From NCBI GenBank assembly GCA_963772655.1, contig CAVYYE010000009.1:22343-86342 (forward strand): DNA of 64,000 bases, written 5' to 3'. The notes beneath the pieces were generated by a model. It was given only the letters and a program-made list of their open reading frames with translations. It was not told the origin of the DNA and ran no database searches. Both the position numbers and the translations under genes were made by a program. This document shows, piece by piece, positions 38,891 to 54,211 of the stretch. Position 1 is the first letter of the stretch. Each line of letters begins with the position of its first letter. Source of the DNA: an uncultured delta proteobacterium. Lineage in GTDB: Bacteria > Myxococcota_A > Polyangia > Haliangiales > Haliangiaceae.

Positions 38891-39661
38891 ATGCTCGCGG
38901 CACTCGGGATCACGGTGGCGGCGTGGGCGAGCCTGCTCGTGGTGTCGCTGCTCGGCGTCGCGGCCGGGCTCGTCGGCGTGGCGGCGCTGGCGCTCGGACA
39001 GCTGTGCCTGGTGGCGGTGCCCGTGCTCGCGGCGCGGATCGCCAAGCGCGGACCGGCGGCGCTCGGGCTGTCGCGACCGCGCTGGCAGCACGTCGTCGGG
39101 GCGGTGCTGGTCGGCCTCGGCGCGTGGAACATCAACCTCGCGCTGGTGTCGCTGTTGCCGGTGCCCGAGCACCAGACCCGATTGCTCCAGCAGCTCATCG
39201 ATCGGCCGTCGCTGCCGGTCGCGCTGATCGCGATCGCGGTGGTACCGGCGATCTGTGAAGAAGTCGTGTTTCGCGGCGTGCTGTTGCGCGGCCTCGCATC
39301 GCGACTCTACGCGCCGGTCGCGGTCGTGCTGAGCGCGATGGCGTTCGCGGTGTATCACTTGAACCCGATCCAGATGCTCCCGACGCTCCTGCTCGGCCTC
39401 GCGTTCGGAACGATCGCACTGCGCGCGGGCAGCTCGCTCCCCACGATGCTCGCGCACGCGCTCAACAACACGTTCGCCCTGCTGGTAGCGCGCGGCGACG
39501 TACCGGCGTTCGCGAGCACGACGGGTTCGGGCTGGCTGTATCACCACCCGATGCTGATGTTCGCGGGCGCGACCGTGACCACCACCGCCGGGCTCGCGAT
39601 CGCGCTCGCGGGACCGCGGGCCGCGATCCCGAATGCGAGCCTCGACGGGAGACTCGCGTGA
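38891..39661 (+). CDS. CPBP-family (CAAX/Abi) intramembrane glutamic metalloprotease
   Basis: 'EEVVFRG', 'FAVYH', 'HALNN' motifs in a multi-TM protein. Its stop overlaps the GTG of the next gene (GTGA). Confidence 0.7.
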   Translation: MLAALGITVAAWASLLVVSLLGVAAGLVGVAALALGQLCLVAVPVLAARIAKRGPAALGLSRPRWQHVVGAVLVGLGAWNINLALVSLLPVPEHQTRLLQQLIDRPSLPVALIAIAVVPAICEEVVFRGVLLRGLASRLYAPVAVVLSAMAFAVYHLNPIQMLPTLLLGLAFGTIALRAGSSLPTMLAHALNNTFALLVARGDVPAFASTTGSGWLYHHPMLMFAGATVTTTAGLAIALAGPRAAIPNASLDGRLA

Positions 39662-42600
39662 GCGATCAGGTGAACGAGAAGCTGTCGTTCACGACGCTGG
39701 CGCTGCGCCGCACGCTGCCGTCGGACCACCACGACCTCGCCCCCGTCGTCGATGCCAAGGTGGCGGCGTACGGCCCCGAGGAGCGCCTCGGAGAAGAGCT
39801 CGCGCTCGCGATGTCGGAGCTCGCCGTCGAGAGCCAGCCGACCACGGTGGCGCGACACCTGCTGCCCGAGGGCGTTCGACTGGAGACCATCGAGGTCGCG
39901 CTCGCGCGACCCGATCTCCCGGGCAAGCTCGCACGCCCGAACGTCGCCACGATCACCGTGATCGTCGTGCCGGAACTACGGCCGGACGGCGCACTCGCCG
40001 GGCACTGGGTGTTCGTTCCGGTGATCGATCACGCGTGCTACGTGCCGCGCAACGAGCAGATCGCCGAGCGCGTCGCCTCCGAGCTCGCGGTGTTACCGAC
40101 CGCGCTCGCACTCGATACCGACGGGTGGAAACGGCTGATCACCTACGCGCCGGCGCAGCTCGAGGAGCTCGCGGTGCAGCTGTCGACCACGCCCACGGCG
40201 GCCGCCAAGGGCCGCAAGGCGCTCGCCGACGCCGAGCGCAAGCGCCTCGCACACCTCACGCTCGACCGTGCCGGTCGCCGGCTGGAGGTTGCCGATCCGC
40301 CGCCGCCGTGCGTCGGTCGCGACGAGCTGCTCGGCGAGCTGTCGCGCGTGCTCGACGGTCCGCGTCGCGGGATCTTGCTGGTCGGCGACGAGGCGTGCGG
40401 CAAGAGCGCGCTGATCACCGCGTGGGCGGCGCAGCTCGGCCGCGGGGGCCGCACCAAGCACCCGATCTGGACGACGTCCGCCGCCGAGCTGGTCGCCGGC
40501 GCGAGCGGTCTCGGCGAGTGGCAGGCGCGGGTCGCGGCCGTCCTCGACGCCGCACAGACGCTCGATGCGGTGCTGTACTTCGACGACTTCGGCGCGATGT
40601 TCTCCGATCGCTCGCGCGACGGTGGTGTGGAGCTCGCCGCCGCGATTCGCCGGCACGTCGTCGACGGTCGCGTGCGCGTGATCGGCGAGCTCACCCCGGT
40701 CGCCCTCGATCGCGCCGAGCGCCGCGACGTCTCGCTGATCGGCTCGATGTTGCGCATCACCGTGCCGCCCACCGATCCGCCGACCACGATCGCCGCGTGC
40801 CGGGCGTGGGCCGCGTACTGGCGGCGCACGCAACCGCAGCGCCCGCAGATCGCCGAGGCGGCGGTGCCGACGGCCGTCGAGCTCGCGCGCCGCTACCTGC
40901 CCTACCGCGCGTTTCCCGGCAAGGCGGTGCGGTTGCTCGAGGAGCTGCGGGTCGCACACGATCAAGAGCGCGACGAGCACGGCGCCGGGCGCGAGCTCGG
41001 CGACAGCGAGCTGTATGCCGCGTTCTCGTGGTCGACCGGGATCCCGACCGCGCTGCTCGCCGACGATCGCGCGCTGTCGCGCGACGACGTGATCGCGTCG
41101 CTGCGCCGCCGCATGGTCGGCCAGGATCCGGCGGTGCGTCGGGTCGCCGACGCGATCATGGTGGCCAAGGCGCGCCTGCAACCCGCCGACAAGCCGCTCG
41201 CGTCGCTGCTGTTCGTCGGTCCCAGCGGCGTCGGCAAGACCGAGCTCGCCCGCAGCGTCGCCGCGTACCTGTTCGGCGCACCCGATCGCATGGTCCGGCT
41301 CGACATGAGCGAGTACACCGATCCGTGGGCCGCCGAGCGCTTGTTCGGAGCCGACGGCGGCGAGGGCCGGTTGACCGCGGCGGTACGCAGCCAGCCGTTC
41401 GGCGTGGTGCTGCTCGACGAGATCGAGAAGGCGCACTCGTCGGTGTTCGACCTGCTGCTGCAGGTGCTCGGCGAGGCGCGCCTGACCGACGCGCGCGGCC
41501 GCACCACGTACTTCCACAACGCGATCATCGTGCTGACCTCGAACCTCGGCACTCGCAGCGCGCGCGGCCGGCTCGGCATCGCACCCGGTGGGGAAGACGG
41601 GGATCGCGAAGACCGGCGCTACCGCGATGCCGTGCTCGCGGCGTTTCGTCCCGAGCTGATCAACCGCCTCGACCAGATCGTCGTGTTCCATCCGCTCGCC
41701 GCCGACGAGATCGCGCGGGTCGCCGAGATCGCGATCACGCGGCTCGCCGAGCGCCGCGGGTTCATGCAGAGCGGCGCGATCCTCGACGTGTCGCCGGCGG
41801 CGCTCGAGGTGATCGCCGACCGCGGGTTCTCTCCCGAGCTCGGTGCGCGCGCGCTGCGGCGCCACCTCGACACGGCGGTGGTGACGCCGTGTGCGCGCCT
41901 GCTGGCACGCGCCGGCGAGCGACGGCCACGGCGGCACCCTGACGGTGCGCCGCACGAGCGAGACGGTCGAGCGCCCGATCGGGCTCCGGCTCGGCGAAGA
42001 TAATGACGGCGAGCTGTCGGTCGCGCTGTGGCGACGGCCGTCGGCCACCGGACGCAAGCTCGTGCGTTCGGCGCTGGCCCTCGGCGGGCTCCGTCGCGAC
42101 ACCGATCGCGAGATGATCCTTCCCGGCGCGGTGGCGGTGAAGGACAAGCTCTCCGACCACGAGGCCACGCTCGCGACGGCCGCGACCAAGGCCAAGGGCG
42201 GCAAGCCGGCACTCTCCGGGTTCGAGATCGCGCGCATCACGGGCGAGCACGCTCGCCTGCTCGATCGGTGGTCCCGCTGCGATGCCGCGCGCAACGAGCT
42301 GCGCACCGCCGAGGAGCTGTGCCTCGACGCGCTCGCGCGTGACATCGATGCGGTCGACCTGATCGATGCCGCCGTCGAGCAGCGCTACGCGTTCCGGCGT
42401 GACCTGTTCTGGCTGCTCACCGCGCTGCGCCCGGTACGCACCGGCGCGACCCTGCTCGTGCACTCGCCCGACGCGCGCGCCGCGGTGGTCGCGTGGTGCC
42501 GGATCGCGCTGGCCGCCGCCAAGGCGCATGGCTGGCGCGGCTCGGTCCACGTGTGGGGCGAGACCGCGCCGGGCTGGACGCACGGCACCGCCGACCGCCC

Positions 42601-43105
42601 CGGGTGGGGACCGCCGCACGATCTCGAGTGGATCGACGACCACATGGCGCGCAACGCTCCGACCGCGGCGCTGGTCCGCGTTCGCGGTCAGGGCGCCGAT
42701 CTGCTGCTCGGCCTCGAGGGTGGCCTTCACCGGTTCCACAAGCTCGCCGGCGCGGCGTGCCACGCCTGGGTCGACCTGCTCGAGTTCCGTAGCGAGTTTC
42801 GCGACGACGAATGGCGCGCGTTGCCGGCACCGCCGACGCCGCGAACCGCACGCGGCGCGCCGATCCGCGAGGTCATCGCCGGCGCCGATCACGTGACGGT
42901 CGGCGGCGACGAGGTCGACGTGCCGTACGCCGAGCTCGGGCCGCGACTCGCGGAGGTCAGCGTCGTGCGCCTGCTCGCCGCCCTGCCCCGCCAGGACCTG
43001 CTCGACAAGCTGTGGGTGTGGGAGCGCCCGGTCCAGAACGTCGAGAAGCTGCTGAACGCGGGCAAGGGCACCGGCACGTCACCGACCGGGGAGGACGAGC
43101 CGTGA
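39658..43105 (+). CDS. ClpA/ClpB-type double-AAA+ ATPase paralog 1. No canonical Clp N-domain. ~400-aa C-terminal extension reached via an apparent +1 frameshift near 41915-41935.
   Basis: D1 'ILLVGDEACGKSAL...LYFDD'; D2 'LFVGPSGVGKTELA...VVLLDEIEKAH...TSNLG...GARALRR'. C-terminal extension in the adjacent frame (ORF 41891..43105) aligns with the extension of paralog 2. Confidence 0.6.
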
Positions 43106-46100
43106 TCCACTTCCGCGTCGGCATCTACCAGGTCACGCGCGAAGGCGAGGACGAGTGGTACGGCCTGATCCCCGCGCGGTCGTACGCGTACCAGTCGGGC
43201 ACCGGCGAGGTCCGCCTCCGCGAGCGCATGATCGATCGCCTGCGCTCGCTGCTGTCGAACGACACCGCGCCGCGCGATCAGGAGATGTTCCAGCTCCCGC
43301 TCGGCACCGAGCTGGTGCGACTGCCGTTCGACCTCAAGCTCGACGATGGACGCGTCACCGGGACCGTGCCGCTGATCGTCGAGCCGCGATGGACCGGCCC
43401 CGATCGCCAGCAGCTGTTCTGCTACCACCCCGAGCGTCGCGACGAGTGGTTCCTCGCCACCGACCGCGACGACATCGAGGCGACCGCGCCGCTGTTCTTC
43501 CGCCACTTCTGGAAGGCCCTCGACGAGGACACCATCAAGGAGCTGCTCACCGAGGGTCGCGACCGCCTGGTCACGATCGGGTTCTCGACCGAGCCCAAGT
43601 CGCTGCTCGACACGTTGCCCAAGCGCAAGCAGGACAAGCGGGCGGCCGCCGCGTCGACCCGCATGATCCACGTGCTCCGCCACGTCGCGACCGACGAGAC
43701 CCACCGGCTGAGCTCCACCGAACCGGTCTCGGGCGTCCCGCGCTCGCCGTACCGCGAGCGACTCAGCTACCTGCTCGGTGGTGCCCGCCCCCGATCGGTC
43801 GCCGTGATCGGACAACCCGGCAGCGGCAAGACCACGCTGATCGCGCAGTGGGTTCGCGATCGCCTGGTCGAGGATGGCTACTTCCTCCACAAGAACCTCG
43901 ATCGCTGCGCACACGTGTGGCGACTGACGGGCAAGCGACTGATCGCCGGGATGTCTCACCTCGGTGACTGGGAGGAGCGCTGTCTGTCGGTGATCGACGA
44001 GGCGCGCCGGCGGCACGGCATCCTGTGGGTGGACGATCTGCACCTGTGGGGTCAGCTCGGCCGCTCGCGCGATAGCGAGCGCAACTTCGCGGACGTGTTC
44101 CGCGGTCCGATCCGCCGCAGCGACCTCGCGATCGTGGCCGAGATGACACCCGAACAGTTCGCGAAGCTCGAGCGCGACGCGCCCGGGCTCGCCGAGGCGC
44201 TGGCGCCGGTCGCGGTGCCACCGGCGTCGAACGCGGAGACGGCGCGCCTGCTCCTGCACGAGGTTCGCGATCTCGAGTCGCGCCTGCCGACCGAGCTCCA
44301 CCCGTTCGTCCCGCGCACCGCCCTCGAGCTCGGGCCCGCGCTGTTCCCGTGGCGGGCGCGTCCGGGCGTCGCGATCGAGATCGTGCGGCGGATCGCCGAG
44401 CAGGCCGCGCTCGACGGCCAGATCCACGAGGTCATGCCGGCCCAGGTCCTCGAGTACCTCGCGCGCACCACCGGGCTCTCGCCGAGCTTGATCTCCCTCG
44501 ACGAACCGCTCGATGCCGCGCGCGTCGAGGCCACGTTCGCGGCGCGGGTGATCGGCCAACCCGTCGCCACGCGTGCGGCCGCCGACGTCATCGTCAAGGT
44601 GCGCGCCGGGCTCGCGGATCCCAACCGACCGATCCACGTGATGCTGTTCACCGGCCCCACCGGCACCGGCAAGACCGAGCTCGCGACCGCGATCGCCGAG
44701 TACCTGTACGGCGGCGACGAACGCCTGCTGCGGATCGACATGGGCGAGCTCAGCGGGCCCGACGCGGTCGGCCGGTTGATCGGCGATCACTGGAGCAGCG
44801 ACGGCCTGTTGACGTCGCGCGTCCGCGCGCAGCCGTTCTGCGTGGTGCTGCTCGACGAGATCGAGAAGGCCCACCCGCAGGCACTGCACCTGCTGCTGCA
44901 GCTGTTCGACGAGGGTCGGTTGACCGATGCCTCCGGCGAGGTCGCGAGCTTCGCGAGCGCCGTGGTGATCATGACTTCGAACCTGGGCTCGCGAAATGCG
45001 GCGCCGATCGGGTTTGGAGAGACCCGCGATCGGATCCTCGCCGATGTCGCCAAGGCGGTCCGCGAGTTCTTCCCGATCGAGCTATTCAACCGCATCGATC
45101 AGGTGGTGCCGTTCCAGCCGCTGACGCCGGAGGTCGCAGCCAAGGTCGTCGACAAGGAGCTCGCGAAGCTGCTCGCCCGGCGCGGCCTGCGGGAGCGCAA
45201 CACGTTCGTGTACGCGGGGTCGGCGGTGCGGCGACGCGCGGTCGCCGATGCATTCGATCCGCGCTACGGCGCGCGTACCGTCAAGCGCTGGCTCGAGGAC
45301 AAGATCGGCGGCACGCTCACCGATCTACTCGCGGCCGCCCCGCCCGCGCGGCTGCGCGTGGTGCGGCTGTCCGAGGACGATGGCGAGATCGTGGCCACGC
45401 TCGAGCCGCTGATCGAGAAACCCGCGACGCCGGGGCCATACCTGCTCGAGACGTCGCTCGACGTCGCCACCAATGCCCTCGAGCCCGTGATCTCCGAGGC
45501 CGCCGCCGCCCTGTCGCGGATCGCGCGGTCGCCGATGCTCGTTCGCGCGCGTGCCGAGGCCACGGGCGAGCTCCGCTATTACGTCGACGACCTCGCCCTG
45601 CGCGTCGCCGCACTGCGCGAGCTGTTCGGACTCGCTCCCGACACCGCCGTCCACGATTCCGACGACAGCGACGACGACTTCGATCCCTACGACGTCGAGC
45701 CGCTGTACGAGGAACGTCCGACGGGCCCGTCGGGGAGCCCGCAGCGCCGGTCTCGCACCCGCGGTCGAGGCGGCAGGTCGGGGCGCCCGGGACGCGACGC
45801 CCTGGTCGCCGGCATCGCCGAGACGCTCCTGATCGAACGTTCGCTTCCCCGGCTCCTCGATCCCGATGCACACGCGGTCACGGTCGTGCTGTCGCGGGTC
45901 GGCACCAACGCCGATGCCGACGGTCTCGAGATCGCCACCGAGGCTCTCGCGCAACCGACGTGGCTCGACGAGGGCGCGCTGTCGGATGCCGATGGCGCGG
46001 TGCATCCGTTCCGGGCCGGCAACGCGCGCGGCGGCGCGCCCGACCTGTCGTCCGCACGCGACGTCGCGCTCGTGTTGCGCGGACTGTTCGTCGCCGAGGC

Positions 46101-46473
46101 ACTCGCCAACGATCACGGCACGTGGATGGTGCGCGCCGCCGCCGCCGAGCCCGACATCGTGCGGGTCGAGGTGCGGTCCGGCGCACCGCTATCTCCCGCC
46201 GAGGCGCTGCGCGCGCATCACGGCGGTCGTGCCGAGCTCGAGCGCGTCCTCGAGCACGGCGGTGCGTTGCCGCCCAACCCCGACGTGCTGCTGCCGGTCA
46301 CGCGCACGATCACCTACCGGCCGCCGCCGCGCCCCGGCGAGTCGTATCGCGTCGAGATCGAGGACTTCGGAACCGGCTGGCTCGACCGCGGCACCGCGCG
46401 CGATCTGACGAGCGCGATCCGGCGCGCGTGGCATCTCGCGTGGAGCGCCGCGCCGAGCAGAGGATCGCGATGA
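43104..46473 (+). CDS. ClpA/ClpB-type double-AAA+ ATPase paralog 2 (1123 aa, intact), with unique N-terminal domain and long C-terminal extension
   Basis: D1 'VIGQPGSGKTTLI...ILWVDDLH'; D2 'MLFTGPTGTGKTELA...VVLLDEIEKAHP...TSNLGS...YGARTVKR'. GTG overlaps the upstream stop. Confidence 0.7.
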
Positions 46474-48756
46474 CCCGGCCGTCGTTCCGCGTGTTCCTCA
46501 CCAAGCACCACGGCCGCGGCGACCAGCAGCTGTGGTCGGCGGTGATGCTGCGCCGGTTCCGGGTCCTGTTCGACACGCCCCCACCGGCGGCGATGGCCCA
46601 GGACGTCGAGACCGCGCTGCGCCGGCTCGCGCCGCAGGCCGCGCTGATCGCCGATGACGACGACGACGGTGCGATCGATCGCTACGTGTGGACCGAGGAC
46701 CTCGAGTTGCGCCAGATCAACGTCGACATCCATCCCGGACGTCCCGATCCGCGCGGCTACGTGATCGCCTCGGCGACCGTGCCGATCCGCCTCGGCTACG
46801 CGGCCGCCAAGCTCGCCGGCGTGCCGCTGTATCGCGTGATCGTGCCGCGGTTCGACTTCACGTTCGTGACCGAGGATCTTTCTTCGGTGCCCGACACCAT
46901 TCGCTCGCTGGTGTTCGCGGCCCTGGTCGGCGACTCGCCGGCCTCGCTCTACGATCTCCGCCGCGAGGTCGAGGAACAGATCATCGAGTGGAAGCCGATC
47001 GACGCGCCGGTGCACTCGCGCAAGCGCGACGCCAACGAGCCACCGCCGGCACCGACGCTCGAATCGGTGGCCGAGGACTGGGTGGCACTCGCGCGCGCAG
47101 GCCGGTTGCCGGCCACCGTGGGCATCGATCCGATCTACGACGCGGTCGCACCACTACTCGACGATCCGGATCCCAAGGCGAAGCTGCCCAGCTTGCTCCT
47201 GGTCGGTCCGCACGGGGCCGGGAAGTCGACGCTGGTGCGGCGCCTCGCGCGCGGGTTACTCGAGCGCGGCCGCGGCAAGACCGGCCGACGCCGCCGGCTG
47301 TGGGCGAGCAGCGCCGACCGGATCGTCGCCGGGATGGTCTACCTCGGGATGTGGCAGCAGCGCTGCCTCGACATCGTGCGCGAGCTGCACGGCGCCGCCG
47401 ACGTGCTGTACGTCGACCGGCTCGCCGACATCCTGCAACCGTCGGCGGACGGCGCCTCGATCGCGGACCTGCTGGCGCCCGCCGTGATCGATCGCGGCCT
47501 CTCCCTGATCGCCGAGTGCGACGAGCTCGAGCTCGTGCGCGCTCGCCAGCGCGCACCGGCATTGATCGACGCGATGCGCGTGATCCGCGTGCCCGAGGTC
47601 GCGCCCGCGCACGCGATCGCGCTGCTCGAACCGTACGGGAGCCGGCTCGCGCCGCCGGTCACGATCTCGCACGACGGCGCACGCCGCATGATCGAGCTCC
47701 TCGGCGCGTTCCGGCGCGACACGGCCCTGCCCGGCAAGGCGCTCGGGTTCATGGACTACCTCGCCACCCGGCCGGCCCAGGCCGCGTACTCGCTGTCCGA
47801 CGTCACGGAGGCGTTCGGTGCGTGGTCGGGCATGCCGGTACAGCTCCTCGCCCCCGAGCAGGCGCTCGACACCGCCGCGATCGCGACCCAGCTCCGGCGC
47901 GGCGTGATCGGGCAGGACCGCGCGTGCGACGTCGCCGCCCGCGTGATCGCGCGCCTCAAGGCCGGGCTCGACGATCCGCAGCGTCCGGTCGGCACGCTGC
48001 TGTTCGCCGGACCGACCGGCGTCGGCAAGACCGAGCTCGCCAAGCAGCTCGCGCGGTTTCTGTTCGGCGACGCCGAGCGACTGGTTCGCGTCGACATGAG
48101 CGAGCTCGTCACCGGTCCGGCGATCGCGCGCCTGGTCACGCCGTCTCCGGCGGGCACCAGCCTCGCCGACCGGATCCGCCGGCAACCGCTCTCGGTCGTG
48201 CTGTTCGACGAGATCGAGAAGGCCAACGCCGCCGCCTTCGATCTGCTGCTCGGGGTGATCGGCGAGGGCCGTCTGACCGACGCGCTCGGCCGCCTGATCG
48301 ACTTCCGCATGGCGGTGATCGTGATGACCACCAATCTCGGCGCCGCCGATCCGAATCCGGCGGGGTTCGCCTCGCCGACAGGTCGCAGACCACGCCAGCG
48401 CGATCCGCCGGTTCTTCCGGCCCGAGCTGCTCGGTCGCATCGACTCGGTGATCTCGTTCTCGCCGCTCGATCCGCCGGCGCTCGAACGCATCGTCGACCT
48501 CGAGATCGACAAGATCCGGAAGCGACCCGGCCTCGTGGCGAGAGGCCTCCGGCTCGAGATCACGCCCGCGGCACGCACCCGGCTGGCGATGCTCGGACAC
48601 GATCCCAAGCTCGGAGCGCGTCCACTCCGGCGCACGATCGAGGACCTGATCGTCGCACCGCTGTCCGATCGCATGGCCTCGCAGCCCGAGTGGCGAGACG
48701 CGATCGTAAGGATCCAGGCGGCTTCCGACCCCGCCGGCGGCGATCTCGTGGTCTAG
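46470..48756 (+). CDS. ClpA/ClpB-type double-AAA+ ATPase paralog 3, with apparent +1 frameshift near 48370-48385
   Basis: D1 'LLLVGPHGAGKSTLV'; D2 'LLFAGPTGVGKTELA...VVLFDEIEKAN...TTNLG'. Expected sensor-2/C-terminus 'RRFFRPELLGRIDSVISF...GARPLRRTIEDL' is in the +1 frame (ORF 48448..48756). ATGA overlap with paralog 2. Confidence 0.6.
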
Positions 48757-48841
48757 AAGTCAGCTATCTCACGCGGTTGGCTCACTCGTAATCCCGGCGA
48801 CACCACCGCCGGCTTCCGAAAGCCCTGATACAATTGCGACC

Positions 48842-49531
48842 GTGGCCGACCCCAAACGTGTCCTGTGGTACCTGCGCAAGGTTCCTCTGCTCGCGGACCT
48901 CGGTCCGGATGCGCTCGCACGGTTGGCAGAACGCGTCGAATTGCGCGAGGCCCGACGACGCGACGTCATCTACCTGCCCGGCGATCCGGGGCGGTCGTTG
49001 TTTTTCGTACACGGCGGCCGGATCAAGGTCAGCAAGGTCACGCGCGACGGCAAGAGCCTGACCCTCGCCTATCACGGTCCCGCCGAGCTGTTCGGCGATA
49101 GCTGCCTGCTCGACGGTGGTCCACGCACCGAGATGGCGGAGGCGGTCGAGAACGCCCTGCTCTCCGAGATCGATCGCGTCCACTACGAGGAGCTGATCCA
49201 CTCGCACCCGCAGCTCGGTCTCGCGATGACGCGCCTCATGATCGTGCGGCGCCGCGAGCTCGAGAACAAGGTCGAGGCGCTCGTGTTCCGCGACGTGTCG
49301 AGCAAGCTCGCCGAGCTCCTGGTCAAGCTCGCCGACGAGTACGGCGTCGACGACGCGCGCGGCACGCTGGTCGCCCTCAAGATCACGCACCAGGAGCTGG
49401 CGAACCTGATCGGGTCGACTCGCGAGACCGTGTCGCTCACGCTGAGTCAGTTCAAGCGCAAGCGCCTGATCACCACCGAGGGCCGCAAGGTGATCATCTC
49501 CGATAGCGAAGCGCTCAAGGCGCTGTACTAG
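48842..49531 (+). CDS. Crp/Fnr-family transcriptional regulator
   Basis: cNMP-binding fold 'IYLPGDPGRSLFFVHGGRIKV' plus C-terminal HTH 'ITHQELANLIGSTRETVSLTLSQF'. Confidence 0.8.
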   Translation: MADPKRVLWYLRKVPLLADLGPDALARLAERVELREARRRDVIYLPGDPGRSLFFVHGGRIKVSKVTRDGKSLTLAYHGPAELFGDSCLLDGGPRTEMAEAVENALLSEIDRVHYEELIHSHPQLGLAMTRLMIVRRRELENKVEALVFRDVSSKLAELLVKLADEYGVDDARGTLVALKITHQELANLIGSTRETVSLTLSQFKRKRLITTEGRKVIISDSEALKALY

Positions 49532-49683
49532 TCCCGTCCTCGTCGGCGACGTGATGGACGTCGATCGTCCCGATCGCACCGCACGACTCTGATGACGGAA
49601 AACGCAAAGGGAACGAGAACGCCGAGATCGCAGAGATCGGGATCGAGGAACGGTGTCGCCGTGGGATGGTCTTGTCGATCGTA

Positions 49684-52448
<2,765 letters not shown>

Positions 52449-52452
<4 letters not shown>

Positions 52453-54165
52453 TTCACACCTCCCGCGGCGAGCACGGGCCGCCATTCGAATCGGCGATAC
52501 CCCCGGGTCGCGAGCAGCGCATCCATCGCGCGCGCCGCGTCGGGCGTATGGCCGAAGTAGTACGTGGGTTCCTCGATCGGATCCTCGGCGGACGCGCCGA
52601 GCTCGGGCTCGAGGTACAGCTTGCTCAGCAGGTTGCCCTGACTTGTCGTCGGCGAATGCCAGCACGGTCTCGTCGACCACGGCCAGCCCGACGTCGGCGG
52701 CGACCGGCCGACCGGCGGCGTCGGTGGTCCGGATCGCCAGCTTCACCGGGTCGCGCGGCGAGTACGACTTCTTGTCGGCCGTGATCGAGATCTTCAGGTC
52801 GGCGCCGAGCGCGTGATAGGTCAGGCGCTCCGCGAGCGGGGTGTGGCGCTGGTCGAACAGCGTCACCCGCACGACGCCCTGGCGTGCCGGGTCGACGGGT
52901 AGCTCGACCAGCGTCGGCTCGCCGGCGACGACATCGAACGATCCGCTGGCGAGCTGCTTCTCGCGCAACACCGCGACCAGCGACAGCCGCCGCGACGTGT
53001 TGCAGATCGCGCCGACGCGCAGGGTCTTGGCCGAGGTCTGATCGACACTCCGCACCACGCAGCCACCCGGTTTGCTCGCCGGCACATCGAACGTCTTGGC
53101 GATGCCCGCCGGCTTCGTGATCCGCACCGAGTAGGTGCGGTCGGTCGCCGGCACCAGCTCGAACCGGCCCATGCCGTCGTGGATCGACGACAGCCGCGTG
53201 ACGGTGCGCCCGCGGTCGTCGACCACCTCGCCCTCGATGTCGGCCGGCTTGCCGAGCGGCGTCTTCGCCGTGAAGTAGACGCGCCCCGGCACGCCATCGA
53301 TCAGGTCGCCGCTCTCGGGGTAGAGGGCGACGTCGACCTTGTGCAGGACGATCGGGATTCGCTTCTGGATCGACTCGGTGACGCCGCCGTCGTCGACCAG
53401 GATCGTGAGCAGGCCGTCACCGCGCGCGATGCTCGCCGGCAGCGAGAACCGCGCGGTCGCCTTGCCGCCATCGTCCGTGGTCAGCTTCAGGCGCGGCAGC
53501 TCGACGTCGTCGATCGACACCACGCCGACCAGCTCGTGATCGGCCAGCGGCTCGCCGGTGGCGCGCTTGATCTCGATCGCGGCGGTCACCCGGTCGCCCT
53601 CTCCATACGCCTTGCGCAACAGCTCGACGGACTTCTGCAGTCGCGGCGCCTCGTAGGTGTTGATCACGATGGTCTTGACGTCGCGGGTCCCGTCGTCGGC
53701 GGCCATCGTCAGCTTGTATTCGCCGCCCTCGATCTCCGGCGCGAGCGCGAAGTCGTTGCGCGCCACCCCACCCTGCGCGAGCACGCGCTTCTGCGCGACG
53801 ATCGCGCCGCGCGGCGAGGTCAGGGTCATCGTCACGCCGATCGGTGCGCCGCCGACCAGCGTGCCGGTCGCGCGCAGGTCGGCCCGGAACCACATCGTCT
53901 CGCCGGGCTGGTACAGCGGCTTGTCGGTCATCACGTACGCGCGTTTGGTACCCGCGTGCTCGTAGTAGCTGGTGATCGCCTGATCGATCGCCGCCGGTCC
54001 GGCCGACACCTCTGCGGGGGTCAGCTCGGAGATCGTGCGGTCGGTCGATGTCGTGGCGATCGAGATCGGCCGGGTGTGCGTCGCCGGCGGTGAAGACTGC
54101 GGCACGGTGCCGCCTCCACACGCCGCGAGCAGCACCAGCCATGCCTGTCTGGTCGTTGCCCTCAT
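52449..54165 (-). CDS. Alpha-2-macroglobulin N-terminal MG-domain lipoprotein (bait/MG half). Single-nt frameshift near 52633-52648 before its last ~65 codons.
   Basis: Lipobox 'WLVLLAACGGG'; MG-domain-like beta repeats. Alternate frame gives a protein-like C-terminus 'SQGNLLSKLYLEPELGASAEDPIEEPTYYFGH...AGGVK*' ending at a TGA that overlaps the next ATG. The annotated frame gives an Arg-rich junk linker. Confidence 0.55.
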
Positions 54166-54211
54166 GGAGGGGCCCAGACGCGTGGCGAGCGATTTGGATC
54201 TATTCCAAGGG

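Noticed and set aside
41891-42003. Treating 41891..43105 as an independent gene overlapping the end of AAA+ paralog 1
   Set aside because: Its sequence aligns with the C-terminal extension of paralog 2 directly after the ClpB D2 end, so it is better explained as the frameshifted continuation of paralog 1.
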